From Octopus vulgaris (lineage: Eukaryota), in contig OX597814.1 of NCBI GenBank assembly GCA_951406725.2, forward strand, positions 81,716,001 to 81,780,000: 64,000 nucleotides of DNA, read 5' to 3'. The position numbers and the translations under genes were made by a program. The notes beneath the pieces were generated by a model. That model was not told where the DNA came from. It did no database searches and saw nothing but the letters and a program-made list of their open reading frames with translations. Below are positions 11,392 through 24,705 of the stretch, piece by piece (within the stretch, counting starts at the first letter, position 1; every line of letters starts with the position of its first letter).

Positions 11392-12665
11392 CGAGGGGCG
11401 TTCAATAAGTAATGCCCCTGATCCACTTGAAGTTGTTCGATCTAGCTGAAATTTTGCATGTGCAATTATATCTCTATAGATTAAGTGGCAAATTACAGCT
11501 CTAAACTAATTGTGGTTTCTGATTTACAGGTGTTTGAACTGAGTCAAGTGTGAAATGGAGCCTGTTGAGTGTCGAGCAGTGATCCGGTTTTTGTATTTGA
11601 AAGGACGCAGACCATGGGAGACTTTTGATGAAATGAAAGTAACTTATTGTGATAATGCCCCATCATATGACCTTGTAAAACGCTGGCATTGTGAATTCAA
11701 ACATGGTTGGAACTCCGTGGAAACAGCTCCCAGATCTGGTCGCCCCCTTCTGCCATTGATGAGGCATCTGTCCGTCAAGTTGAGGCTGCCATTTTGGAAG
11801 ATCGACGCATAACTATTCGCGAAATAGCCCATGAGGTCAAGATTAGTACCGGGTCTGTGGAAACTATCATTCATGACCATTTGCATATGCAAAAGGTGTC
11901 TGCCAGATGGATTCCCAGGTTGCTCACATCTTTCCAAAAGCAAGAACGCGTCGATTGCTCGAGGATGAATTTGGAGATGTGCCAAGAAGATGAGTCAAAA
12001 TTTTTCAAAAGACTGATTACACAGGATGAAACCTGGGTCCATCACTATGATCCAGAGACCAAAGCCCAGTCAATGCAGTGGAAGCACCGTGACTCCCCTC
12101 CTCCAAAGAAGGCAAGGGTGTAGCAAGGTCATGCTCACAGTCTTCTGGGACCAGGACGGAGTAGTGATGACAGATTTCCTGGCAAATGGTGCCACAATTA
12201 CAGGAGCCTATTATGCTTCACTTTTGAGGAAATTAAGAGAAGCTATCAAAATCAAGAGGCGGGGCAAGATCAGCAAAGGCATCCTCCTCCTGCAGGACAA
12301 CACTCTGGTCCACAACTCGTGTCGCCAGATCAGAAGCACAGGCGTGCGGCTATGAACTCCTCACCCATCCCCCTACTCTTCTGACCTTGCACCTTCTGAT
12401 TTTCACCTCTTCCCAGCCATGAAGTTGTTTTTGAAAGGAAAGCGTTTCCCAGATGATGCAGCCTTGATTTCTGAAGTCACGTCGTGGCTGGAGGACCAAG
12501 CTGGTGTCTTCTACAGAAACGGTCTTCAGAGCTGCATCAAACAATGGGAGAAATGCGTAACTCTGGGTGGTTCCTATGTAGAAAAAGACTAATAACTGTG
12601 CCAAGTTTCGTTGCTCTACTGCTATGGGAAGTGGGTCAGGGGCATTACTTATTGAACGCTCCTCG
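11392..12665 (+). mobile_element. Full-length mariner (irritans/Himar1-like) DNA transposon, 1274 bp
   Basis: TA target duplications at 11390-91 and 12666-67. The 37-bp TIRs CGAGG(G/A)GCGTTCAATAAGTAATGCCCCTGA(T/C)CCACTT have 2 mismatches. A transposase lies inside. Confidence 0.96.
11555..12592 (+). pseudogene. Mariner DDD transposase, disrupted by about three frameshifts or small deletions
   Basis: MEPVECRAVIRFLYLKG...PRSGRP / ...KVSARWIPRLL...ITQDETWVHHYDPETKAQSMQW / KVMLTVFWD...LLLQDN / ...HPPYSSDLAPSDFHLF...GSYVEKD*. The WIPRLL, DETW, QDN and YS(S)DLAPSD motifs are all present. Confidence 0.93.
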
Positions 12666-12974
12666 TAGCTAATAATTGGAGAACAAAGAGAAACCTATAA
12701 ATTTTTCAACCTCTTCATGCTTCTCATAAAACTCATTTTTAACTTCCTAGTGACTGTAAATTAAAATCAGAAAACTGTCATTCTTATCAAAATGTCATGC
12801 ATTGCTGATTTGTCTTGCTGTTGCTTTTTGCCCCAGATCAACCCTGATTAAGTAAATCTTGTGATCAAAGGCATTCTGGTCATGACAAACCTGACATTAA
12901 GGTGTTTATAAGACTAAATAATCTAAAATACTTTGTTTTAAAATTGGTTTTGGCCATTTTTCTTTTGTAGGTTC

Positions 12975-14900
12975 TTTTCAGATGAGGGAAACTGACACAA
13001 TGTCCTCTTGAACAGCTGCAGAAAAAACACGAGAAGGGAGGGAAATCAAAGGAATGACATTCTGGGATGCAAGGACTAAGTGTAATGGTCAGTGTAGGGT
13101 TTTGGGAGGTGATAAGAAGGGAGACAAATTAGTTGGGAGTGCCTATCCAAAGGTGAGACAAGCTGACTCCAACAAGCAGAGGCCATTGTAGCAATAGAAA
13201 AACAGGCAAAGACAGGAGACAGATGTTTGTGAACCAGAGGTTGGAAAGTATTGGCACACAAATTCATGTCTATCAGACAGATGGTCTTTTTTTAAGGAAT
13301 AAACAGTGGTATAAACATACTGGTGAGAAAGTAAGTCATTGATGTATAGGTGAGAGAGTGTAATAGACATCTGAACCTTAGAGAACACTAGAAATGACAG
13401 AGTGTTGGTCACCTGCTGTGATATTGCAATTTCACAGAAAGCCATCAAGAATGAAGTGACTAATGGAGTTCACAGATGGGCAGTTCTGATAGATGATTCT
13501 TATGTCAGATGTGGATGAATGCTTTCTCAAAGTAAAGTGCAACAACACTGCTTCCACCAAATTTCTTGAGGATGCAGATCCACTAGTGAGTGACATAGGA
13601 GAGCAGGTATCCACTAGATGTAGCTATACAAAATTCATAATGGTAATAATTAAGGAGGGAGAGAGATTTAATGTAATGAAGGTTATTGCTAATGACTGTC
13701 TATCACTTTTGAGATTTGGATTTCAATGCAGTAAGATGATAGTTGGTAGGGTCAGCATTGTTACCATCCTTGGGAATAGGGCACACTCAGAGACACTGAA
13801 GAGTTTGTTTGAAAGTAACAGAGACGTTGTCAGTATTAGTGAGTGACCCTGTTGGTTCAAAGTGGCCAGAGGTGGTTGTGCATTTAGAGTGTATATGCAT
13901 ATAGTGAGGAACTTGAAGTAGAAGATAATAGTTTTGAAGGAGATTTACTTTGTGTGTACAGTATGGAGTTGGATGCAAAGTGGCAGCAAATTTAGAGGCA
14001 TCCTCTGAAGGAATACTGCTTACAGAACCACCATTTAAGGAGAATTCTGCAAAGTCATAGAGAACCTTTTTGCAGTTGAGAAGTAAAAGAGCCTGTAGGC
14101 TGTACGATGCATAAAGGTCACCTTTACATTACAATAACGAGAATAAATCATCCAGTTTGGAAGGGTGGATGATTTTCTTCAAGCATTGTAGACTGTTTTT
14201 TTTTGTTTGAACTGCTGCAGCAAAGCTTTGAGTGAACCACCTGGAGAGATTTGGAGCCATGAGTTTTGGTTGCATGTGAAGATAAGGAAAAATATGCCTC
14301 AGAGAATGGTTTTAGTCATCCACATACTTGTTTCTGAGGGGCTGCTAAGGATGAAGCACATGTACTACCAGCCGACTTGAAGTGCCACAATGTGTGAATG
14401 GTGAACAGTGATGGTAAGACAGTGGTTTGATGACCTAATAGGTGCAGAGATGGTAATGGTTTGGAAATGAGAAAGAGATTGAAGGTGTTTAGAGTGTTTG
14501 TGTAGCAGTTGCGGAAGCATGTAAGAAATGAAGCTAAGTGATGTAGGAAGTTGAGGATTGTGAAAGATTTAGTTTTGGCTCTACTGGCATCAGTGTGAGA
14601 TGAGTGTAAGATCCAAAAAAAGTTGTAAGGGTTGGAGGATAATATGTTTTCAATGCAGAAAGATTTATAGTTAAAGAGTTAGCAATGGCTGGAGGAATCC
14701 AAAGGGTAGTTCAGGAAACAAAAGTATTTAGAGGAGTAGAGAGAGTGGCTTTGAGCCAGAATAACTGGAAGTTCTTGTTATTGATATGCAGGTAAGAAAC
14801 ATGAATGGAGGAGAGAGTAGAATCTATATATGGAAAGATAATGTCATTAAGAGTGAATTTTGAGATTAGAGAAGGATGTGACAGTAGAATGTAATTTGTG
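12975..14900 (-). mobile_element. Old, heavily decayed non-LTR retrotransposon (CR1/L2/Jockey group), endonuclease plus RT
   Basis: Minus-strand remnants: SAPIRSSNHC (about 14430-14450, SDH-type end of the endonuclease), PIPKDGNNADPTNYHLTAL (the PIPK...NYRPIAL motif), VVALYFEKAF (the LD.SKAFD motif) and LSHLYINDLL. Confidence 0.75.
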
Positions 14901-15577
14901 GAAAATTTGGCTTCTATTTCTAGCAGATGAAGCAACCATGAAGGGTCCTCCCTTAAAGCCACAATCATTAACTGTTGATTAGTGTTGGAGAATCAGCTTC
15001 ATTACAATTAAATGATAAATCTTGTATTGTAAAACAGAAGCTGATCTCTGTCACAACATCTATTAGAGGGATGGAAGGGGAGGAGAAAAACTTGTTGAAA
15101 GAGAAATACAGTGAGTGAGAGAGAGAGAGATAGAAAAATAGACAGACAGGCAGGTAGTGTTATCACCATAATAATTAACACGATTAAAAAAGCGGGAATT
15201 TTAATTGCAAGTCTGTCAACACAATGCAACAGACTTAACCCCCCCCCCCCGCCCAAACTTTCACTTTGAACATGAAGATACATGCATGATAAACAAATAT
15301 TTTTATCAGCAGCATAACAATGGGTAATGACTAAGTATATATATATTTTTTTTATAATTTAAAATATTAATATAAAGGAACAAAAACAAATCACATTACA
15401 TCTAGGCAGGCATCACGTATCATAATAAAGTGGCTATTTCAGTTAGTGAAGCCACTGGTCACAGATAATTAAAGAACATGTATTATCTTAATTTAGCTAG
15501 CTATTAAATAGCTACCAATCCAACTGATAACAGCAGATTGCACTGCAGAACTAAGATAACAATTGCAAAGGACTTAC

Positions 15578-15755
15578 ATATTATTATGAGCAGCTTTGAT
15601 TGCGCTGGCCGACTCGCCCATGACCTTAAGAACTTCTGTATTTGTGGCAGCATTTTCTAAAGCTTCTCTTTGTAACTCTATAGTGGAAAGAGTACCATCA
15701 ATTTGGTGCAGTTGTTTTTCATATCTCTTTTTCCTTTTCAATGCTTGGAGGGCAG
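15578..15755 (-). CDS. CHMP4B: Charged multivesicular body protein 4 (Snf7/Vps32/shrub, ESCRT-III), internal coding exon (probable exon 2), 178 bp
   Basis: The minus strand reads TGTAG|CT GCC CTC CAA... = (A)ALQALKRKKRYEKQLHQIDGTLSTIELQREALENAATNTEVLKVMGESASAIKAAHNN(M), then |GTAAGTC. This is the Snf7-domain core. It has a pyrimidine-rich acceptor, starts in phase 1 and ends in phase 2. The paralogue label is by analogy with vertebrates. Confidence 0.96.
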
Positions 15756-17159
15756 CTACAAAGAGAGAAAAAGAAATTTAGTTCAATTAAACAATTTACA
15801 CATCAAATACATAACAGTCTGGTTGTAGTGGTAAGGTGTAGGTTTTGTAAAAAAATTGCTTTGCTCACACTGACTCAGTCTTTGTTTCTTTCAGAGCTAA
15901 TAAGTGCTTTACTTCAAAATAAAATGAACTAACAATCTGTACATCAAGTTCAGTTCCATTGCACACATTTTATTGTGTAATATCTAACATTTCCAAACTT
16001 GACTTCATTAGAGAGTGGGGAAAAAAATGTGGGAGTGGTGTGGAGTCTTGTTGAACCTAGATGAGGTGCAAAGCCCAAAATATAAGATCCCATACTCATA
16101 GAAAATGAACTTACTGGGTTCTTCATTTTCATATTGTTTCAGCTAGTTCATCTGTTAGTCTTACTAGTGATATACTATGTCCTTTCCTACCTAGTGTCTA
16201 AGCCATGAAACTGGAGTTAGAATTAGATCTTAAGAATATCCAAGTAATTACTACGTAGTTTTGCACTCAACTTCACTGTATGACAAATTTGTTAAATGGA
16301 AACTGTGCAGAAGCCTGTTGGCAGAACCATTCTTATTTTCTGGAGGTAGGCTTAAGCTATCATCCAGTTTAATACCTCTACCTAGCCCTTCAGCAGAGTT
16401 TACTGTTTAGTGCATTTGAGCCAGGTATCTAGTCTGAAACTAACTTCCTTGATTGCCCTAAACAAATTGTCATGAGCAATCCTCTTCCTCTGACTAAGCA
16501 AAATAATTTTTTAAAAAATATCAGAGCTGATTACAACTATCTAAAATGCACTGTTGTCCCAATGTAGTTACCTCCCAGATGGATATTGTGCAACAAAGAT
16601 AATATATGGATATCTAAATACAATCAATACTTTGAAAACATTTTTTATACAGAATCTCTTTAGTTAGTGAAACTGATGTAGACAATTCTGAGCCTGAATG
16701 AATATTTACAAGAAACTGGGCTGAGGATGTTTTGATGCTTGAAACAGAATGAACATCACTAAAGGCACCCAAGCACCAGGTGGATAGTATGTCTGACACC
16801 CAAAAGGGTTCAAGAGAAAATAAAAACACACAAAAAAAAAAAAAGATTTTGTTGTCATTTCGATCAGGCTGGGAGACACACGAAGATAATAATGTTCAGT
16901 GACATTCAACACCCCAGTAGGTAATGGTATTCACAACAACTGTACATATTTGAGATCAGAGATAGTATAGGCTACCCTCGTTCAAGCAGTTAAAGACTTG
17001 TTCAATAACATTACATTTTCCTTTAAAGTTTGCTCCAATGTTTTTCTCAATATTGATTTCATCTGTACTCTGTGGCACTGTGCCATACAGAGAATACTTG
17101 ATTAAACTAACTCTGGTGTTTGATTAAATGTTCCTTAAATATTAACAAACATAAGTAGG

Positions 17160-17508
17160 GTTGCATGTTTAAGATGCTTGCTTTGCAGCCATGCAGTTTC
17201 ATGTTCAGTCCTATTTAAAGGCACCTTGAGTAAACATCTTCTACTCATGGGCTGACCAATGCCTTATGAATGACTTTGGTAGATGGAAACTATAGAAGCC
17301 TGTAGTATATATATGTTAGTCTTCCTTCTGACTGAAATCAGTGTTGTTTTGTTTATGTCCTTGCAACTTATTCCAGAAAAAAAAAAAGGGACAAAGAATA
17401 AGTAGATTTTTAAAAATAAGTACTGGGGTTAATTTGTTTGACTAAACTTTTCTATGTGGTGTCCCAGTATGGCCACAATCCATTGACTGAAACAAGTAAA
17501 AGATAAAA
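17160..17508 (+). mobile_element. Family-A SINE, diverged
   Basis: Head ...GTTCAGTCCTATTTAAAGGCACCTTGAG; tail GGTGTCCCAGTATGGCCACAATCCATTGACTGAAACAAGTAAAAGA. Confidence 0.8.
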
Positions 17509-18616
17509 GTGATATACAAAAACATCAGAAGCTTTAGATTCAAATATGATCAATTACATAAAAACAAGAAGCTAATATTTAGCCTTAATCCAGTAATAAA
17601 CCTATTATATAAAGCATTAAAACAGATGGATGGAAACAATTACAAGTTAAATATTATTAATCATTTGGTTAAAATAAGATATATAATCTAAAGAAACTAA
17701 CAGAACCAATTATTGTAGAAATTACTACAAATACAAAGTAAACCAGTTTAATTACTTTCATCAAACCTAATCATAAAGTTTCTAATTAATCAGTGCTGGC
17801 TATAATTTCTATAGAATATTTGTAAAAATAATCACAAATACTTTTTGCATGTCAATACAAAATGCATGCACACACATGTGCAAATAACACAAATACAATT
17901 TTGACTAGCATGAATAGTCAGCTATACCAACAACTTTACTAGCCTTAATCCTTGTTACTTTTATATTCACTTTTCCATGCTTGCATGGGTCAGACAAAAT
18001 TTGTTGTGGTGGATTTCCTACAGCCGGATGCCCTTCCTGTTAGCTGACCCATACCTGTTTCCAAGCAAGATAATATTTCTCCATGGCCAAACATGTTTTT
18101 CGTGAAAGATTGGATGTGAAGGACACTGCATGCATGATAGTAACATTCATTTTTGTGATACCAAGGCAAGGGGATAGCAACACACACAATCATCATCATC
18201 ATCATTTAACATTTATTTTCCTGCTAGCATGAATGGTTGGATGGTTTGACAGGAAATGGCAAGGCATGTTTTCAAATGCTGGATGCCCTTCCTAATACCA
18301 ACTGTTTTACAGGGTGAACTGGATGTTTTTTATATGGTGCCAGCATAGGTGATCTGTATATGGTACTGGCATGTGTGCTTTTTATGTGGTGCTGGCACAG
18401 GTTCTTCTTATGAAGCACAGGTACTTTTTACATAGCACCAGTATGCATGGGGTTGCTAAATGGCTAGCCAGACAAGGATGTCTCAGCTGAGAGAGGGCAA
18501 GGAACAGAAAGAAGTGGATGTGTTCCAGGCAAGAGGTTTGGGTATAATAGAAGGTCAAGGGCAGCTTACTACGGGAGAGATATTTGGCTATCACAGTAGG
18601 ACAAAGAAGCAGAGGA

Positions 18617-18671
<55 letters not shown>

Positions 18672-19134
18672 GTCATACTACAGAGGAGATACTTGGCTAC
18701 ACCAATACACAATGAGCTTCTTTCAGTTTCCCTCTATCAATTCCACTCAGAAGACGCTTGCCTGCTCTATATAAAATCTGACAAATCTCTTCAATAATTA
18801 TTCAATATACTAATAACAAGTTTGTTAATGAAGAATTTAGGAAAATAACCTTGGCATTATTAACCTGGTATTTGAAACATAAATTAGCACAATTTTTATG
18901 GAAGGTTTTACTTTAGATCACTTAAAAAACAAGATGATTGATCCACAGGTCCTGGGACAGTCTTGGATAAGATGGTATCAAGAGGGTAAAAATAAAACAT
19001 GAAAAACTAGTTATAATATTGTACAAAAATATAAAAGGTGCACACTTTCTAACAAAGATAGTTTGGAGTGATGAGGCTACATTTAAGTTAAATGGCTCAA
19101 TCAACTGAGGAGCTGAGAATCAACAAATCAAAGA

Positions 19135-19690
19135 GGAATATCAATCATATTAATTTACTTGGAGTTATAGTACAGTGCAGCTTATCATTGAATGTATAAA
19201 GTGGACCATTCATTTTTATAGTACAGAGACTGGTTCTATTTACTTGAACTTGCTGCAACAATCTGTCATGACAAGCATTCAAAGACTTTTAAGATGTGGA
19301 ATTTTATTTCCAGCAAGATGGGGGTACACTCACACTAACATAGTAATATAAGGACCTACTTTGATGAGATTTTGTCAAACAGGTCAACTGGAGGTTCAGA
19401 AGAATACCTTCACCTTTAATTGAACTTCATACCACTAGATTTCTTTTTGAGGATACTTAAAAGATAAAATTTACAATACAAAACCAGCAACAGTTGACAA
19501 ACTGACCAAGAGTGCACACAAAGACAGAACAAAATGTTTTTTGATATTTGTAATTCCACTACTTAAGTGATTACCAGTTTAAAAACGGGTTTTCATAACA
19601 AAATTGAATTTTGAAAATGAAATGTGTTTTAATGAACACTGTCTTTATAATCATTCAATGTGTGTATGCATTTTGGAGGAACACCCAGCA
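19135..19690 (+). mobile_element. Tc1/mariner-superfamily transposase 3' relic (rosa/maT-like) with right TIR
   Basis: Decayed HINLLGVIV...YLNLLQQSVM...FYFQQDG...IRTYFDEILSNR...IPLDFFL.GYLKDKIYNTKPATVDKL. It ends at GGAACACCCAG, typical of CAGGGTG-type TIRs. Confidence 0.7.
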
Positions 19691-20934
19691 TATATATATA
19701 TATATATATATATCACAATCATTTTACTTCGGCATTTCATACTGGCATAAGTTGGATCGGTAATCCTGGTTTAAGTCAATTCTTATTCAAATTTAGTGCT
19801 CTCTTGGACAGGTCAGCAGATGGTCGGATGTTAATCCTAACACCATCCATTTTACAGAGTGTATGGGTGCATTTTACCATAACACTAGCACTAGAGAAAA
19901 TTAGTGGAAGTAAACTTAGAGTTTACCTCCACTAATTCATGGTAAAATGAGTGTGAGAGAGAGGAGAATGTTGCTAGCTCTAGGTTAGTCTTGGATGAAC
20001 AAGCCTATGATGAGAAGCATTCCAGTTGTTACACAGCTATCCTTTTTGAGGAGCAATATTTATCTAGGATTACACCTGACAGCCAATGTATCTTTTTTTT
20101 TTAAAGGTGCCAGTTGAGGGAGATTTGACAGCTATTTCTAACAGATCAAGCAAGTTTATAAAAGCTCCTTCTTGTGATTCTATTATACAACAGGAAAGTC
20201 TTCACAAGCTATTTAATAATGCTGTGTTAAAAAAGATTACATGGAGGAAAACTGATAATATTGTCTTGAGGAACAATCAAAACTATGAATGGCAGTAATG
20301 ACAAGAAACCATTAAAAGCTATTTTTGAGAGCCATTATTTAAACAACTGCAGCATACTGATTACAATTTGTCCATTTTTATAGGAACAAAAGGAAATTAA
20401 AAAAAAAATAAATAAAAAGAGAAATTCCCAATATAGCATGATTTATGACCTAGTTGTTTGCCAGATGTTCTCCAATAATTTTTGTTCACTATGAAAAAGG
20501 ATGCCAAACAATCCAGAAGCCACACAAACTGTTTTCACTATGATCTCTTTCTCTCTTCTCTTGTTCACTCTCTTCAGCTGTAGAAGCAGAGAAATATAAT
20601 GCAATGAAAGGAAAACCGGTCTGGGTTTGCTCTTATAAACTTGGTAGTAGTGTTAATCGGGTTAGCAGAAGTACAGTAATCAATACATTTTAAAAAATAA
20701 AATATAGTGGTTGATGACACATTGATAATTTGAAATGTACAGTGTACACTTTCTTTTTTAATAAACATCAATTTTAGCATTGCTATGGAAAGTATTGAGT
20801 GGTTACACCACAGGTTATTTTTTTTATATCTCTATATAGTGTAATCCCTTTGTTAATTGTATCAGCAAGGTTAAATATTCTTTTGTTTCAGCTTTAAAGT
20901 TGCAGCCAAGCTGGGGGATCACCGTTGATAAAGC

Positions 20935-21006
20935 CTCCCTGACAGGGAATTGAACCCTGGTCTCCCGCATGACAGGTGGGGATACTTACCACTATATTAC
21001 TGAGGA
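20935..21006 (-). pseudogene. tRNA-Asp(GTC) pseudogene or SINE head, CpG-decayed
   Basis: Minus strand TCCTCAGTAATATAGTGGTAAGTATCCCCACCTGTCATGCGGGAGACCAGGGTTCAATTCCCTGTCAGGGAG, 72 nt, colinear with metazoan tRNA-Asp(GTC). Differences are mostly CG>CA/TG changes that weaken the acceptor, anticodon and T stems. Confidence 0.88.
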
Positions 21007-21353
21007 AGATGTCTGTTTAGCAAAAATATATTCCTTATATTTCAAATTATCACAAAAACAAATAAATAAAAAAATAAAGTGCTATAGAAGCCATACCATA
21101 GATATTTCAGTAGCAAATGAGTTTGAGCACATACTGTCCACAGTGTCTCTATTTTCCTATGGTAATACAAATTCAAAAATTTTGGAGGAATTTTTTCAGC
21201 AAAAACAGAGACAGCCAACTCTGTTTCAAGTTTCAATTATGTGCCTGTTTTTAGTCTACCAACATACAAAGAGCATTTCATCTAGTACAAACACATATAT
21301 TTTTAGAGGAACATAAACTTAACACTATTGAAAACTTCTGAGCAACCAGGCCT

Positions 21354-21977
21354 TTAATCCTTTAGCATTCAGATTACTCTGTCAAATGTAATGCTCATTT
21401 ATTTACATCGTTTTGAATTAATCATGCATTATCTCACAGCTTCAAGATTTTTACGTGATTCTTTTCTTCCACTTGTTTCATTCAGTCATTTGACTGCAGC
21501 CATGCTGGAGCATTGTCTTTAAAGGGTTTTTCAGTTGAAGAAATTGACCACAGGACTTATTCTTTGTAAGCCTAGTACTTATTCTATTAGTCTCTTTTGC
21601 TGAACTGCTAAGTTACGGAGATGTAAACAGACCAACATCGGTTGTCAAGCAATGGTGGTTGGGATAAACACAGACACAAAGACACACACAAATATATACA
21701 TCCATATACAATGGGCTTCTTTCAGTTTCCATCTTCTAGATCCACTCACAAAGCTTTGGTCAGCCTGAGGCTATAATAGAAGACACTTGCCCAAGGTACC
21801 AGGCAGTGAGACTGAACCTAGAACCATGTGGTTGGGAAGCAAGTTTGTTATCACACAGCCATGCCTGTGCCTGTTTATTTTTAGAATGATATTGTATGGT
21901 GGGTGTGATGTCAGATCTGGCTGGTTGGAACATAAAACAGGTAGAATATCTGGCTAGTTTAAATGCTAAAGGGTTAA
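21354..21977 (+). mobile_element. piggyBac-type MITE (about 220 bp) interrupted by a full-length family-A SINE (minus, about 21465-21872)
   Basis: TTAA at both ends and TIR (C/T)CCTTTAGCATT...AATGCTAAAGGG. The two MITE halves join to match the uninterrupted copy at 24476-24705. Confidence 0.85.
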
Positions 21978-22883
21978 TACTTAAAATTCTTTCTCTCCCT
22001 CTACTTTTTTTTTAGAATTTTAAATTGCTGTTTTACTTTAATTGTTATGGGTTACTCATAATGACTTTATATTCTAGCAAAAAAGTACAAGCAAAGTCCA
22101 TGTTTTTTGCTCAACTAAACCTATAGTTAACAGCTGGAGAGTAAAGTAACATGCTCTTTCTTGTCCAAGAGGTAGTGCAAGCAAATCCAAAGACCCAGGA
22201 GTGGATAATGCAATATTTTTAATAGTAAATTTCCAAGTCAGCATAGATAGGATAATTTTCAATTTGAAGTACTTTTTTTTAATTAAAAAACTTCTTTTTT
22301 TTTTTTTACAGTAAAATAACTTTCATATTAGTAACACGTCATCTATGAAATAGGAGTGAGTGGAGTTTGTCAGGTAGACACCTCATCTAATAGCAGAAAC
22401 ATGGTTGAAGTAGTAGCAGTGGTGGTGATGAGATTTAAAGTCATGATCATGTCAGTAATAAGTAATGATACCAGTATGAGAATAGTATACTTCTTAAACC
22501 ATTTATAAAATATTGATAATTGTTTTAAAAGAACTATGGTCAAATCAATAAATATGTGTCTTTATAACTGTTTCCCCATGCTAACTTGAATAGGCATGTT
22601 CCTTGTAAATTTGGATATCTGTATATCATAGAAGCAGTTAATAGACACTTCTTCCTCATAGCTCACCACTGAAGTAAGAGTGGAACCTCTAATCAACCAC
22701 CATGTATATAAATTGAAGTATGATGAGAAATGTCTCATATAAGGGCTCAACATAGTGAAAGAAGTAGAAAGTATGAATGAGCAGCTATGTGGTCAGTAGT
22801 GTGACAGCTTACCTTAAAATCATATGGTCTCTTGTAGCATTAAAATCACGTTAAATAACTACTTTAAATGTGTATGTGTGTGT

Positions 22884-22978
<95 letters not shown>

Positions 22979-24475
22979 ATTCGGAGTTTATAAGAGATTC
23001 CAGATACTAAGCAACAAAAGTTGAATATAACTGTATAGCAATATGATACCTGTGAAAATGCTGCCAACTACCAAAATCCCAAGAATGAATTATGAAAATA
23101 CTATGCTGAATTCCTATGTTGGAATATGCTGATAGAAAATTCAGTAGGCAAAATCTACCGCTTGGTGCACAAGATATGTAAACAACATTCTTAGCACAGA
23201 TTTTCTTTTTTGTTTTCATTGAATTTTATCTTGCAGATACAAAGAATCTATAACTTTCTGAATTTCTCAGTGTTTATTGACAAAATCAAATGGTCTGATT
23301 GGGTTGCTGAGACACTATTTTTGGCTAAAACAAAGATTCTATTACAACCTATAAAACAACTGAGAAACAGCTGCCAACTATAAAAGAAATTTTGTATTTA
23401 TTTTGGGGCTTTCCATTATATTACACATGGCAGTGGAAACACACTACCTGAGTTTGAAGTTGTCAGACATATCAGATATTTATATGCTAGTTGGTGCAGA
23501 AGACAAAAAAACAAGAAAAACAATTTGTAAAAGTTCATTTGTTCTGGTGGGTAACTTGATCACTATTGAGACAAAGAGAATCAACAGTAGTAGTAAAAAG
23601 TGATTGGATGATTTTGTTGCTTTTTAAAACAACAGTTGTGTGTTACATTGATGGCTTGCATGCATACATGTTGGAAGTGCACTTGTAACATAGGATGGCA
23701 ATGACTTGGACAATAAAAATAGAAAACTATCAAAATACCAGACAGATAAACTAATGTTAAAATAAATGTGATTTTAGCCAAGTTTAAGAAACAAAATTCA
23801 GATAGGTTCTTGTTTAAAATTGGGATAGCTAGTTTTAAATTTTGGCTATCAACAATGTTTATTTCTGTTATAAACTAGAATGATATAAGCATCAACTAAT
23901 CAATCAATATTTTATCTTCTGTGAGTGTGATTCCTGTTAGTACTTGAAATGTTATATTGATTCTTGAATAACTGAATGGGAGTTGTGACATTCATTCTTT
24001 TACCAAGGGAATTAATAATTTAAACCAAGAGATCTTTGAACTGGAAATCAAAGTTAAGCCAGAAATTCAGCTCATAGATAACACTGTGTAACAAAATTTT
24101 AATTTTTTTGTCTTTGGTCAGTAAGTGTTATTTCCTATTTGCTTCTATCTAGAAATCAAAGGAAATGACTACTATTCCCTTCAAAATTTGTTTTTGTGAC
24201 CTGGACATCAATATTTGGAAACTGACCTATTTTCCATTACATTTCAGACAAATTCAGTGCTGAGGTTGCTGAAGCAGAAATATCGTCATAGCAAATATTC
24301 TGCTCAGTGCCACAGATTTGCTTGAAAGTTGATTGACCATAACCATCTAAGCAAGTTTCTTAGTGGCTGACAATATGTACATCTCTGAATCATGAGCAGG
24401 AAACAATGGGGAACATCATAGCCATGTGTTGAGAGAGATTCTTTGGGGTTTGAATAAATGTAGCAAAAGTAAAGT

Positions 24476-24705
24476 TTAACCCTTTAGTGTTCAGAATACT
24501 CTGTTAAATGTAGTACTTTTTCACTCAAATTGTCTTGAATTAATCATGCATTATCTTATAGCTTTGAGGTTTCAATGATGTGATTATTTATTTTCAGAAT
24601 GGCATTGTAGGTTAGGAGTGAGAGGCTAGATATTGCCAGTTTGAATATAAAATATGTAGAATAATATTGGGCCGGATTTGGCCGGTTTAAACACTAAAGG
24701 GTTAA
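24476..24705 (+). mobile_element. piggyBac-type MITE, uninterrupted
   Basis: TTAA|CCCTTTAGTGTT ... AACACTAAAGGG|TTAA: a perfect 12-bp TIR with TTAA TSD. Confidence 0.9.

Noticed and set aside
20935-21006. Functional tRNA-Asp gene
   Set aside because: Multiple stem-weakening CpG transitions and a SINE-like tail indicate a pseudogene or SINE head.
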